This document shows positions 36,955 to 46,966 of a DNA stretch of 64,000 nt, piece after piece. The notes under the pieces are model-generated. The model saw only the letters and a program-made list of their open reading frames with translations, made no database searches and was not told the DNA's origin. This DNA comes from Phycisphaerae bacterium (GTDB taxonomy: Bacteria; Planctomycetota; Phycisphaerae; UBA1845): NCBI GenBank assembly GCA_963666835.2, contig CAXXGO010000006.1, forward strand, positions 2,592,001 to 2,656,000, given 5' to 3'. Positions within the stretch are counted from its first letter, which is position 1. Every line of letters starts with the position of its first letter. The position numbers and the translations under genes were made by a program.

Positions 36955-39105
36955 CTACTTCGACTCGCCGAACTTGATCGTCGTTCCCTCCGTGGCCGAG
37001 CGGACGGCCGCGAAGCTGGCTTCGGTGACCATTTCCAACTCCGCAAACGGGATGGGCGGGGCGCCGCCTTCGGTAACGCGTTTGATGAACGTGGCCACCT
37101 CGGCCTTGTGCCCCTTCTCCTGGCGGATCTTCATCTTAGGAGCGCCGGGCCAGCCGAAGGACTCCAACTGCCGCCAATTGTCGATTACCAAAACGCGCCC
37201 CTCGCTGAAGATCTCCACGCGTTCCTTGGGATACGACTTCGGTCCGTTGGCCAGGTAATGCACGGTTCCGATGGAGCCGTCGGCGAACGTCATGTTGATC
37301 GTCATCTTGTCGTCGCGAATGCCGCCGGTTTCCGGCCCGAACATCACGGCGCTGGTTGACGAAATCGGGTGGCCTACCAGAAAGAGAATAAGGTCGATGA
37401 AGTGGCAGCCCTCGCCGATGATCCGGCCGCCACCGACTGCCGGATCGTGATGCCAGGAGTCCGGCGGGATGTCCCCGGCGTTGACCATCATGGTAATCGC
37501 CACCGGCTCGGCGCGGCCGGCAAGTAGCTGTTTCGCCTTGACCGCGTGAGGAGCGAACCGCCGATTGAATCCCACCATTACAAGCTGGTCCGGATGGCGC
37601 GCGTGAGCTTCACGCACCAGCTCCAATCCTGCATGGTCGATGGCCAGTGGCTTCTCGATGAACACGTGTTTGCCGGCGTCGAGGGCTTCGGCGGCCATCG
37701 TGGCGTGCGTGTGGTGCGTCGTACTGACAAAGACCGTGCCGACATCCGGCGACTCGATAACCGCGCGGTAGTCCGTGGCCGTCTCCGCAGCTTCGAACTT
37801 CTGCCCGGCGTGCGCGGCAGACACGCCGCCGGCACTGGCGATCGCGTGGATGGGAATCCCGGTCTCTTTGATGGCCGGAAGAAGGACCAGCTTAGTGAAG
37901 TTGCCGGCGCCGATGACGCCGACTCCTGCGCGGCTTGGCCTGGCTGAGACGGTTGGCGCTTTCGGCCTGCGGATCACCCGGTTGGTTGGCGGGGGTTGAT
38001 CCGGATAGGTCAGCACCACACCCAGCGCGCTGTTGTCATTCAGGATTATGTCGTAGGCGTCTTCGGGGCGAGCTTGTTCAATGCGTTTCGAGATCAGCGA
38101 CTCGGCATCCAGTCTCTTCTGGGCTATCGCATCGAGAATCGCCTCGAAGTTCCGTGCCACCGTCCAACGAACATAGGGCAACGGGTAGTCCTGTACCCTC
38201 TGCTCGTAGGCGCTGTCGTAGCGACCCGGTCCGTACGAACAAGACACCTGGAACGACAGCTCCTTCTCATAGAAATCAGCTCGACGCAGGTTGAGGCCTA
38301 TGACCCCGACGAGGACTATCCGGCCGCGCTTGCGGCACATCTCCGTGGCCTGATGAATGATCTCATCGCTTTTGGAGGAGGCCGTGATAATGACCCCGTC
38401 GACCCCGCGACCCTGGCTGAATGCCGTGGCCGCGACGACCGGGTTGGTTCCCTCGGAGACAGTCAGCGTGCGACATCCGAACTTCTCGGCGAGCTTGCAC
38501 CGTTCACCGTTGACGTCGATCCCCAAGACGTTGGCACCATTAGCGCGGAGAAGCTGGGCGGCAATCAGACCCAGGAGCCCCAGCCCCACTACGACGAAAT
38601 CTTCCCCTAAGGTCGGCTCCGCGAGACGGACCCCGTGCAGGGCAATCGCTCCGAGAACCGTCAGGCTGGCCTCGTCGTCCGATACTCCGTCCGGGATTCG
38701 CGCGGCCAGGGTCGCGGGCACGTGGACCATTTCCGCATGTGCGCCGTTCGAGGCCACGCGGTCCCCGATGGAGAAGCCCTGCACTCCGGCCCCGACTTCG
38801 ACAACCCGTCCGACATTGCAGTAGCCCAGCGGGAGCGGCTCGTCGAGCCGGCTGAAGACCACCTCCAGCGTCGGCAGCAGACCGTCGGTCTTAACCTTCT
38901 GAAGCACCTGGCGGACTTTGTCGGGCTGGGCTCGAGCCTTGCCGATCAACCCGGCCTGGCTGAACTCGACTAAGGAGCGCTCGGTCCCGGCGGAGATCAG
39001 ACTGCGTGTCGTCTGAATCAGCAGGTGCCCGGGCGACACTTTGGGACAAGGGACGTCCGCCAGCTCGATCTGCCCACTCCGAAGATGCTGCAAAACCTGT
39101 TTCAC
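36955..39105 (-). CDS. Bi-domain oxidoreductase (Zn-ADH-like plus Gfo/Idh/MocA), typical of polysaccharide loci
   Basis: SLISAGTER, PLGYCNVG, SCSYGPGRYD, IGAGNF, EKPLA, VGFNRRF and GEGCHFID. Confidence 0.92.
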   Translation of the reverse strand: MKQVLQHLRSGQIELADVPCPKVSPGHLLIQTTRSLISAGTERSLVEFSQAGLIGKARAQPDKVRQVLQKVKTDGLLPTLEVVFSRLDEPLPLGYCNVGRVVEVGAGVQGFSIGDRVASNGAHAEMVHVPATLAARIPDGVSDDEASLTVLGAIALHGVRLAEPTLGEDFVVVGLGLLGLIAAQLLRANGANVLGIDVNGERCKLAEKFGCRTLTVSEGTNPVVAATAFSQGRGVDGVIITASSKSDEIIHQATEMCRKRGRIVLVGVIGLNLRRADFYEKELSFQVSCSYGPGRYDSAYEQRVQDYPLPYVRWTVARNFEAILDAIAQKRLDAESLISKRIEQARPEDAYDIILNDNSALGVVLTYPDQPPPTNRVIRRPKAPTVSARPSRAGVGVIGAGNFTKLVLLPAIKETGIPIHAIASAGGVSAAHAGQKFEAAETATDYRAVIESPDVGTVFVSTTHHTHATMAAEALDAGKHVFIEKPLAIDHAGLELVREAHARHPDQLVMVGFNRRFAPHAVKAKQLLAGRAEPVAITMMVNAGDIPPDSWHHDPAVGGGRIIGEGCHFIDLILFLVGHPISSTSAVMFGPETGGIRDDKMTINMTFADGSIGTVHYLANGPKSYPKERVEIFSEGRVLVIDNWRQLESFGWPGAPKMKIRQEKGHKAEVATFIKRVTEGGAPPIPFAELEMVTEASFAAVRSATEGTTIKFGESK

Positions 39106-39632
39106 CAGCCGTTCTCCCAACAGTTGCCCGAGGTTCGGACGCTTCGTACACGTATGCGACATCGCAAGCGCCGTCCTGACTCGGTGCCGCCCCTATCGGG
39201 GCTCCCGTCACGCAACACCATCGTCCCCGTGGCTCGCGCCACGGGCTAAGAAGAGCTGTCGCCCTTGCGGGCTTGCGTCATGCGCACCCGCGTTCCTGTG
39301 GCCTACGGCGAACCTGTCAACCCTGTCGGGCTGACATAACGGCGATCCTCTGGGAGGCGAGCCGGCCTGGCAATACCGAAATCGCCGTGGGCGAGCGGTG
39401 CCAGATTCTCCAAGACGCCGGGAAGCGACGCTTTAGCGTCGTTGTACTACTCAGCCGGGCTGCTTCCACCCAAGCGCGCAAACAAGGTCCGGTCGTAGTA
39501 GTATCGGAATGGCGATGCCCTCGGCAGGCGTCATTTTCGTCGCGCGCCGGCTGCGAGCAGCGTCCGTCCCGGTGTTTGCTCCGGCGGCAAGACTGCTGTT
39601 ATTATCGGGCCGGTCGGTCCCGGGAATGGGGG

Positions 39633-42095
39633 ATGGCTGGTGTGTGGGCCGCAGAAGACCGATATCACCATGTGCTAACCGTGCCGACAGCTTTCCTTCT
39701 GACTGTGTGCCTGTGGGGCGCTGCCGCGGCCGTTGCGCTCGCCGCGCCGCCTGCGGCCGGCGGTGCGGTCAACGTGGCGTTGGGTAAGCCGTACGAAGTG
39801 ACCCTGCCCCCATCCTACCGGTTGTGTACGGATCCGGGCGATCTCGTTCAGCTTACCGACGGCATCAAAAGCGACGCGGACTGGCGAAGAACCAGTACAG
39901 TCGGCTGGCAAGACCCGGCTCCGCAGCCATCGATCCTGATCGACCTGGGGAAGGTCGAGCCCATCGATGAGGTCCGGGTCCACACCGTCGGCGGGGGATT
40001 CGCCGGGGTGTTCTTTCCGCTTCAAGTCTCCGTGATGGTCAGCGATGACGGGCGTGTGTTCCACGCGGCGCGGGTGGAGAATCGCCCCGCAAAAGAGCCG
40101 GGAGGCCTGGCCGATTTCCGCAAGGTCCCGCACGTGATTCGGATGACCAACCTGCAAACTCGCGGAAGATTTGTCCAGGTGGGTTTGGTGGCCAACCAGC
40201 GCTACCTCTTCGTTGACGAAATCGAGGTGATGCGCGGATCGCACGACGTCGGAACCGTCCGCTTCGAGGAAGACAACAGATTCGTCCCAAACGACTGTTC
40301 GAGGGTGCTGGCGGCGGCTCGGCAATTCGATCGGGTCACGGCGGAGATCGGGCGATTCTCTGATGCGATAGACGGCGCAGATGGCGGCTTGGCATTCCGT
40401 GAGGCCGTCGACGAGCTGAAGACGCTGGCCCGGGCGACTCCGCCGCATGTCCCCTCGCGGGTTGAGCGGCTGGAGCGGCAACTTCGTTCCACGCGACTCC
40501 GTTGGCTGAACCACGACCGGGGTGACGAACTGCGGTGGTGGCAGGCCAATCCGATGGCTCAGCTTCGCCCGGGCGATGCGCTAAACGCCCCGAGTGAGCC
40601 ACCGCGGGAGCTTGTCGTCGAACTGTGGCGCGGGGAGTACGAATCCGCGGCCGTGAACGTGGCCGGCGGAGCAAGCGGGGACCGCAGTCTGATGATAGCG
40701 GTCTCGCCGCTGCGTACGCCGAGCGGAACGTACCTTCCGGCGGACGAGACGCTGACGTTCCGCCGCGCCGTATTGGTGGAGGCCCCCAATGCCGGGGTCG
40801 TCGGCGACGCGTTAGTGAAAATGGCGGATCGGATCCTCCCGCTCAAGGCGGGCAGCGCCAGCCAGTTCTGGCTCACGGTTCACAATCCCGATCTTCCGGC
40901 CGGGGAGTATCAGTTTGCCCTTCGGCTGGATGCCGGTGAGGCCGGCGGACCGCCTGGCATCACGATTCCGGGGCGGATCGTCGTGCATCCGCGGCAGATC
41001 CCCAAGGAGATCCCGCTCAAGACGATCAACTGGGCGTACCTGAGCCACCTGGGATATCCGGACAATGTTCTGCGGGCGGTAGTTGAGGATCTGCGGGATC
41101 ATTACATCAACGTCTACGTGACGCCGAGTACGGAGGTTCCCGGAGCGGTGATCGGCTCCGACGGAGCCGTAAAGGTGGATTTCTCCAAGCTGGATCGGTC
41201 GCTGGATCTGTTTCCCGATGCCGACCGGTATCTCTTCTTCTGGGGTCTGACGTCTCGCAGCCTCGAGCGGTTCCGGCGGTTCGGTCCGTGGATGAGCGCA
41301 GAGTGGAAGGCCCGGATGGCCGAGTATCTTGCCGCTTGGGTAACGCACCTGCGCGAGCAAGGGATAGGCTACGATCGGTTCGCGATGTATCCCTTCGACG
41401 AGAGTCTTTGCGATGCGTTCTTCGATCTGGCCAAGTTCATCAAGGAGACGGATCCACAGATCCAGGTGTTCGCCAACAGCGTGGGGCGCGGCGATCGCGA
41501 CGTGAAGCGTTTCGCCGACTACGTGGATATCTGGTGTTTGTTGGAGACGTCGGGGAAGTCGGCTGGTGCTCGGGTGGTTCTCAAGGCTCGCGGTGGGAAG
41601 GAAAGGTGGCGTTACAACTGCGCCGGGGATGCCAAGTCGCTGTCGCCTTACGCGTATTATCGCCTGCAAGCCTGGCGGGCGTGGGCGGTTCAGGACACCG
41701 GAACGGCGTTCTGGGTTTACGCCAGCGGGCGGAGCCGCGGCTCGTGCAACGGCTGGGATGACTTCAGTTGCGGGCACGGCCGATGGTCCGTAGTGTACGA
41801 TGGCGAAAATGCTCCCGTGGATGCCGCGGGCGAGGTTTATGTCCCTTCGCGACGCTGGGAGGCGTGGCGCGATGGTGTTGAAGACTACGTTTACCTTCAT
41901 ACACTACGAGAGCGGGTTAACGCGCTGCGGCGACGAGATCCGGCCGCGGCGTTGATTCGCGAGGCGGAGGGACTGCTGGATAGGGTCGTTCGCCGGGTGT
42001 TGGAGGACTCCGCCGATCCGGACCGGGCTTACGAGGCCCGCCGGCAGATTACCGATATGATCATCCGCCTTGATCGGGTGTTGGCAGGCCGTTGA
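39633..42095 (+). CDS. Secreted carbohydrate-active-like protein (discoidin-like N-terminus, DUF4091-like C-terminus); start uncertain
   Basis: NVALGKPY, LTDG, IDLG, PFDE and PSRRWEAWRDGVEDY. Confidence 0.75.
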   Translation: MAGVWAAEDRYHHVLTVPTAFLLTVCLWGAAAAVALAAPPAAGGAVNVALGKPYEVTLPPSYRLCTDPGDLVQLTDGIKSDADWRRTSTVGWQDPAPQPSILIDLGKVEPIDEVRVHTVGGGFAGVFFPLQVSVMVSDDGRVFHAARVENRPAKEPGGLADFRKVPHVIRMTNLQTRGRFVQVGLVANQRYLFVDEIEVMRGSHDVGTVRFEEDNRFVPNDCSRVLAAARQFDRVTAEIGRFSDAIDGADGGLAFREAVDELKTLARATPPHVPSRVERLERQLRSTRLRWLNHDRGDELRWWQANPMAQLRPGDALNAPSEPPRELVVELWRGEYESAAVNVAGGASGDRSLMIAVSPLRTPSGTYLPADETLTFRRAVLVEAPNAGVVGDALVKMADRILPLKAGSASQFWLTVHNPDLPAGEYQFALRLDAGEAGGPPGITIPGRIVVHPRQIPKEIPLKTINWAYLSHLGYPDNVLRAVVEDLRDHYINVYVTPSTEVPGAVIGSDGAVKVDFSKLDRSLDLFPDADRYLFFWGLTSRSLERFRRFGPWMSAEWKARMAEYLAAWVTHLREQGIGYDRFAMYPFDESLCDAFFDLAKFIKETDPQIQVFANSVGRGDRDVKRFADYVDIWCLLETSGKSAGARVVLKARGGKERWRYNCAGDAKSLSPYAYYRLQAWRAWAVQDTGTAFWVYASGRSRGSCNGWDDFSCGHGRWSVVYDGENAPVDAAGEVYVPSRRWEAWRDGVEDYVYLHTLRERVNALRRRDPAAALIREAEGLLDRVVRRVLEDSADPDRAYEARRQITDMIIRLDRVLAGR

Positions 42096-42178
42096 AATGG
42101 GGGGCCGGCTCCGAGCAGGTTTCCATTTACGGCGCCGGCAGACGTCTTCGGCGAGGTGCCTGTACCCTGTTTCAACGG
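42089..42178. repeat. Short element bounded by imperfect inverted repeats of about 24 bp (MITE/REP-like or terminator)
   Basis: CCGTTGAAATGGGGGGCCGGCTCC versus the reverse complement of the right end, CCGTTGAAACAGGGTACAGGCACC. Confidence 0.55.
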
Positions 42179-42252
42179 ATTGTCAGGGGGTGCGGGGCGG
42201 AGAGTCCGGCGCGGAAGACCGGTCGTGGTACCGAGCAGGGAGATTGCCGTAG

Positions 42253-43635
42253 ATGACACCTCAATACTCGCTAGACGTTGCGGGGCGGCTCCAGGCGTTT
42301 CTGGATGCCTTCGGCCCGGTTGGCGTTGCCGTCCTGACGTTGATGGTGGCGGCGTGTGTTATCTACCAGTTGCTGCGCGGGTCGGGGTTGTCGTTGCTGC
42401 TGTTGTTGGTTTCGTATTCCTTCGTGTTTGTTGATGTCAACGCGGTTAACACCGGGGCCTTCTTCGTTCGGACGCTCTCGCTCGGGTTGTTGGTGCTGGG
42501 GGCCTGTCGCAGTCTGGTGATACCCGGATGGGCATTCTACGGCATGGTGGGATATGTTCTGCTCGGGGTGATCTTCTCGGCCCGGGCTCCCGATATCAGT
42601 TGGGCTCTGCAGAGTGCCGGACTTTTGGCGGTGACGATTGTGGCTCTGACTGCGGGACTGGGCCAGTACCTGGCATCTTACGCGAAGGTTGAGACGCTCT
42701 TTCGGTTGTTCGTTATAGCCGGCGTCGTTTGGACGTTGGCCAGCATCCCCGCGCTTCTTGATTTCATCGCCGGCCGGACGTTGCGTTTTGCCGGCGGTAC
42801 CGGGGTGCTGGCGACAAACTACGCCGGGTCCGGAGTGATGTTCCTTCCGTTTATGTTGTGGGCTACGGTGCAGAGAGGTCACGTCTTTTGGAGGGTAGTA
42901 GGAATCGGCGGGCTGTTGATCATCCCGCTTTGCCTGTTTCTCAGCGGGACGCGAACGGCGCTGGTGGCGTCGACGCTCGCTTGTGCTCCGTTGGTTCTTC
43001 GCGGCGGAGTAAGCCGAACGGCGCGGGCCTGGATCCTCCTGGCGGTGTTGGCGGTCAGCGCGGTGTTTCTGGCGCGGCATCTCCTTCAGGGGCGAGGCCT
43101 GGGTTTTCTGACTGATCGGCTGACGTCGACGAGCCTATCCGGACGAGAAGCCCTCTGGTCCAAGGCGTTCGGCGTGTGCAAGGAGAGCCCGCTGGTTGGT
43201 CGAGGGATTGGATCGCAGAGCGCCCTGGCGAAGGAGGCCGGGTTCGGCAATTTCCACAACGCTTACCTTTCCATCTGGTGCAATACGGGGATTCTGGGTC
43301 TTATGTTGGTGATGTCGGTTCTGTTCGGGTATCTGTGGCGGGCGTTCGCACTGATGCGCCGGGTGCGACATCCCGTGGCGATGGACGCGGCGCGCGTATC
43401 TTTGGGGTTTTTGGTTGCGTTGTGCGCGTTGGGGATCGTCGAGTCCAGCTTCGCCAGCCCGAGTAACTCGTCCATTGCCATCCTTCTGATCGGCGCCACT
43501 TTGGTGAACCGGGTCGGGAAACTAACCGAGCAGGATGAGGCCGATCATGCGGCGTGGCTGGCGGTAGTCAGGAGCAGCCAAACCGGTTCTTCTCCGAGTC
43601 CGGCGCCCGATCGTTCTGCTCCTCAGCCGGGTTGA
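42253..43635 (+). CDS. O-antigen ligase/polymerase (Wzy_C) family
   Basis: Multi-TM; LSGTRTAL, SGREALW, PLVGRG and HNAYL. Confidence 0.88.
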   Translation: MTPQYSLDVAGRLQAFLDAFGPVGVAVLTLMVAACVIYQLLRGSGLSLLLLLVSYSFVFVDVNAVNTGAFFVRTLSLGLLVLGACRSLVIPGWAFYGMVGYVLLGVIFSARAPDISWALQSAGLLAVTIVALTAGLGQYLASYAKVETLFRLFVIAGVVWTLASIPALLDFIAGRTLRFAGGTGVLATNYAGSGVMFLPFMLWATVQRGHVFWRVVGIGGLLIIPLCLFLSGTRTALVASTLACAPLVLRGGVSRTARAWILLAVLAVSAVFLARHLLQGRGLGFLTDRLTSTSLSGREALWSKAFGVCKESPLVGRGIGSQSALAKEAGFGNFHNAYLSIWCNTGILGLMLVMSVLFGYLWRAFALMRRVRHPVAMDAARVSLGFLVALCALGIVESSFASPSNSSIAILLIGATLVNRVGKLTEQDEADHAAWLAVVRSSQTGSSPSPAPDRSAPQPG

Positions 43636-43871
43636 TCGAGGATCCGCGGACGTCTGCGCTGGTTTGCTGGGGGCTTTCCGGCGCGTCGCGTGTGTTGTTG
43701 CGTTGTCAATGCCGGGCGGGTCGTCATGCCTGGTTCCGCCATGTGCCACCTCTGTTGAAAGGTGCCTGAGGTGTGCCACTGCTCTTGAGCAGTGCTGGGA
43801 CGGGACACGGTACTGATTGCACCCGAACGCTCGTGTGTGACGGAGCATTCGTCCCGATTACATAACGGACG

Positions 43872-45272
43872 TTAAGTTCCCCGCTCGTCTTCCGGGTCGA
43901 GGTTGTCCGGTGAGATCTTCTCCCCGCCGCCGAAGTCGGAGATGACGAAGCCGGCTATGAACACGCCGAACCACGTCAGGCTTGATACGATGTTCCCGAT
44001 GCAGAACGCCCATGCCGCCCCTTTCAACCCCAGGCCCATTGCCCATCCGGGAATGAGAATAAGTGCGGGGATCAGGTGACCGAGCAGTGAACCCGCGCCG
44101 ATCAGAATGAGCATTCGCCGTGATGAGAACTTCAGGACAAACGGTCTGGTGGCCAGCGAAAGGACCGCGGTAGACACCCCGATCATCATGATGCCCATCG
44201 GGTCCAATGCGTCTTCCGCGACCTTGGGGAACATCAGGTCGAGGATCCACGGCGCCAGCAACCGGGAGACAACGTACAGGCACACGGTTCCGGCGACTGC
44301 CGCAAGGGTGTACAGCGTGAGAAACGAATGCGAGAATCGTTTCATCGAATCGTGGGCGACCATGAGCTGGAAGCCGAACAAGCCAAGGGTGTTGACGGGC
44401 ATGAGCAGCAGCGTAAGGACCGTTGTTGCTGCGGTGAAGACGGCGACTTCCTCGAAGGCGTCGCTCATGCCGAGGGTTGTGCGGTGAATCAGCCTCCCGG
44501 ATTGGAGCAGGAAAGAGCTTACCGACAGGACAGCCCAGCTCGATGATACCCGCCGGGCCATGGCGCGGTCGAGCTGGGGGCGTTTGATGAACTCGCGGCG
44601 GCGGGTGTACAACAGCAGCGCCAGGGCCATCCCATGTCCGGCGGCGTAGCCAAGCGGGAAGCCCGTTGCGCCAAGGAGGAAGAAGGCCGGTATGCTCGAC
44701 AGCGTGAGTATGAAGCCGAGACTCCGCCAAAACGTGCGCCGGGCGAACTCGCGGGTGAAAGTCAGATCGACGGAGACTACCTGAAGGATGTTCCGTGCTG
44801 CAAACCCCAGGGCGATTATGGCAATCCACGCCACCGTCTGCGGAGCTTCAGTCAGCGGGTCCGCCATGCCGGTTTCCACGACCCCAATGCACCCGAGTAG
44901 GGTCAGCGCGAGAGCAACGCCGACCACTCCGACCGCCAGCGAGAACGAGGTCCGCAGAAGCAGACCGCGGCGATCGTCCGCGACGGATTTGAGGTTCCTC
45001 AGCAGTGCGTCACACAGTCCCGAAACCGGCACCATTCCAACCATGCCGACTGCTCCGAACACCCAGGCGAATCGGCCGAAACCGTCTTTGTCCAGGTAAT
45101 GGCAGCAGAGCGGAAACACGATGAGGGGCATGATGCCCATGCTGAGAACGGCCTCGAGAATGTACCAAAGCAGGTACTTCGTCAGACGTCGTCCCTTCTT
45201 CAGAATACCCTCTTCGCGTGGAGAATCGGTGGGCTGGGCGGGCTCGGATGATTGCGCGGTTGGTTTGCTCAT
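43872..45272 (-). CDS. Polysaccharide flippase (Wzx-like)
   Basis: About 12 TM segments; YLDKDGFG and GLKGAAWA; EPS locus context. Confidence 0.8.
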   Translation of the reverse strand: MSKPTAQSSEPAQPTDSPREEGILKKGRRLTKYLLWYILEAVLSMGIMPLIVFPLCCHYLDKDGFGRFAWVFGAVGMVGMVPVSGLCDALLRNLKSVADDRRGLLLRTSFSLAVGVVGVALALTLLGCIGVVETGMADPLTEAPQTVAWIAIIALGFAARNILQVVSVDLTFTREFARRTFWRSLGFILTLSSIPAFFLLGATGFPLGYAAGHGMALALLLYTRRREFIKRPQLDRAMARRVSSSWAVLSVSSFLLQSGRLIHRTTLGMSDAFEEVAVFTAATTVLTLLLMPVNTLGLFGFQLMVAHDSMKRFSHSFLTLYTLAAVAGTVCLYVVSRLLAPWILDLMFPKVAEDALDPMGIMMIGVSTAVLSLATRPFVLKFSSRRMLILIGAGSLLGHLIPALILIPGWAMGLGLKGAAWAFCIGNIVSSLTWFGVFIAGFVISDFGGGEKISPDNLDPEDERGT

Positions 45273-45369
45273 TACTCGTAGCGACTCAGCGTGTGAGGGT
45301 GGGGTGGCGAATCGCGCAGGTCGCTTCCGAGCACTCGCGATACCAGACGTTGTCTTCTGTCATCGGCGA

Positions 45370-46455
45370 TCAGGACAGGGCCTTTCGGTATACGTCAGTC
45401 AGCATGCGGGCGCAGTTGACAATCTCAAACTTCTCGCGGAACAGCTTCTGGGCCTGAGCACCCATGTTCGCCCAGTTGTCTGCGTTCTCCGCGAAATCTT
45501 CCAAGACCGTGGTCAGAGCGTCAACGTCTCCCACCTGGATGATCTGCCCGGTCGTTCCGGGGAATACGGTGTCGCTGGCCCCCGGGACCGCGGTTCGGAT
45601 CAGGGGCAATCCGCACATGCCGGCCTCGACCGGGGCAACCGCGAAGGCCTCTGAGTTACTCACCAAGGCGCATACGTCGGTCGCCGGAAGCACATCGGCG
45701 GAATCAACCCACCCGGGCATGATGACCTTGGCACTAACCCCCCGCTGGCTGGCTAAATCTCTGAGGTCTGCCAGACCCGGTCCGTCTCCCGCGATCAGCA
45801 GACGCAGATCCGGATAACGCGCGTGTATTCGCCCCAATGCCTCGATCAGCAGGTGATGGCCTTTGACCGGACATAATCTTCCCAGCGATACAATCACTCG
45901 ATCGGTCGGACTGAGCCCGTATCGGGCTCGAAGGCGCCCTTTCGTAGCGTCATCTACCGACGTAAACCTCTCGCTGTCCACACCGTGCGGCACGACTGCG
46001 ATGCGCTCCCGAGGGATGCCTATGCGATTGTGCATGTAGTCGGCGGCCTCGCTTGTCAAGCAGATAATCCAGTCGCCCCAGCAGGAGAGTTTGATCTGTA
46101 GCCAGCCCTCGGCGGTTTTCTCCGAGTGTAAGGTGGACACATGCGGGACCCGGAGGCGGCGGGCGAGTATTCTGCCGAACACGTTTGCGTAGCGCCAATG
46201 GGTGTGGACTATATCCACGTTCCAATTGCTCAGCCACCGCATCGTGCTTTGATGGGCCTGCGGCCAGCTCCTTACGCGGCGGATCGGGATGATGTGCTGC
46301 GGGATGTCATGGAGATCGGCGAACTCGCGTCCCGGCCCGTCACCTCCGATGATCGTCACCTCGTGTCCCAACCTGCGCAGGCCGATAGCGCGGTTGACCA
46401 CCGATAGGCAGACCCCGTCGCGGAGCAGCAGTTTGACCACCATCGCAATCTTCAT
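45370..46455 (-). CDS. Glycosyltransferase family 4
   Basis: DIVHTH, VPHGVD, GRLCPVKG and EAFAVAPVEA. Confidence 0.92.
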   Translation of the reverse strand: MKIAMVVKLLLRDGVCLSVVNRAIGLRRLGHEVTIIGGDGPGREFADLHDIPQHIIPIRRVRSWPQAHQSTMRWLSNWNVDIVHTHWRYANVFGRILARRLRVPHVSTLHSEKTAEGWLQIKLSCWGDWIICLTSEAADYMHNRIGIPRERIAVVPHGVDSERFTSVDDATKGRLRARYGLSPTDRVIVSLGRLCPVKGHHLLIEALGRIHARYPDLRLLIAGDGPGLADLRDLASQRGVSAKVIMPGWVDSADVLPATDVCALVSNSEAFAVAPVEAGMCGLPLIRTAVPGASDTVFPGTTGQIIQVGDVDALTTVLEDFAENADNWANMGAQAQKLFREKFEIVNCARMLTDVYRKALS

Positions 46456-46966
46456 AGGCGTTGTCCGTTGAAAGTCCTGCGGGTCGCTACAACCTTATCG
46501 GCTTAACGACCGTTGACGCAACGGGACTACCCTCGACTTCGTCCGGCACATCCCTGACGGCTTCGGTGGGAGGTAGTCCGAACACGCAGTGAACGGTTGG
46601 ATTGCAGAGTCTCTTGCTATATTGCAGTCAGGCGGGCTAGGGCCCTTCTGTGAGACGGATGGGCCGTGGGGACGCCGGATGATGCTCCACCTGGCCGGCG
46701 GATGCGTCGACGTGTAACGGATGGGGCATCGCCTAGGGATGCCGTTGACGCGAAACATGGGCGGCCCGATCGGCGGGCGCGAGCGGTGATGGAGCATCGG
46801 AATTCGAGTCCGTGGATGCGGTTGGTGGATCTGTGGATTCGGTTGACTATGGTGTCATAACGTGCCCGGGTCCACGGTGGAACACCCAGGCTCTCGGAGG
46901 GCCGGCGTGAAGTGCAAGTGCGGGAGTTCCGCGGCGATGTTAAGTGGGTTTCCCAGAGGGTGACAA

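Noticed and set aside
46522..46580. SRP RNA or c-di-GMP riboswitch
   Set aside because: The conserved SRP domain IV and GEMM motifs are not matched.
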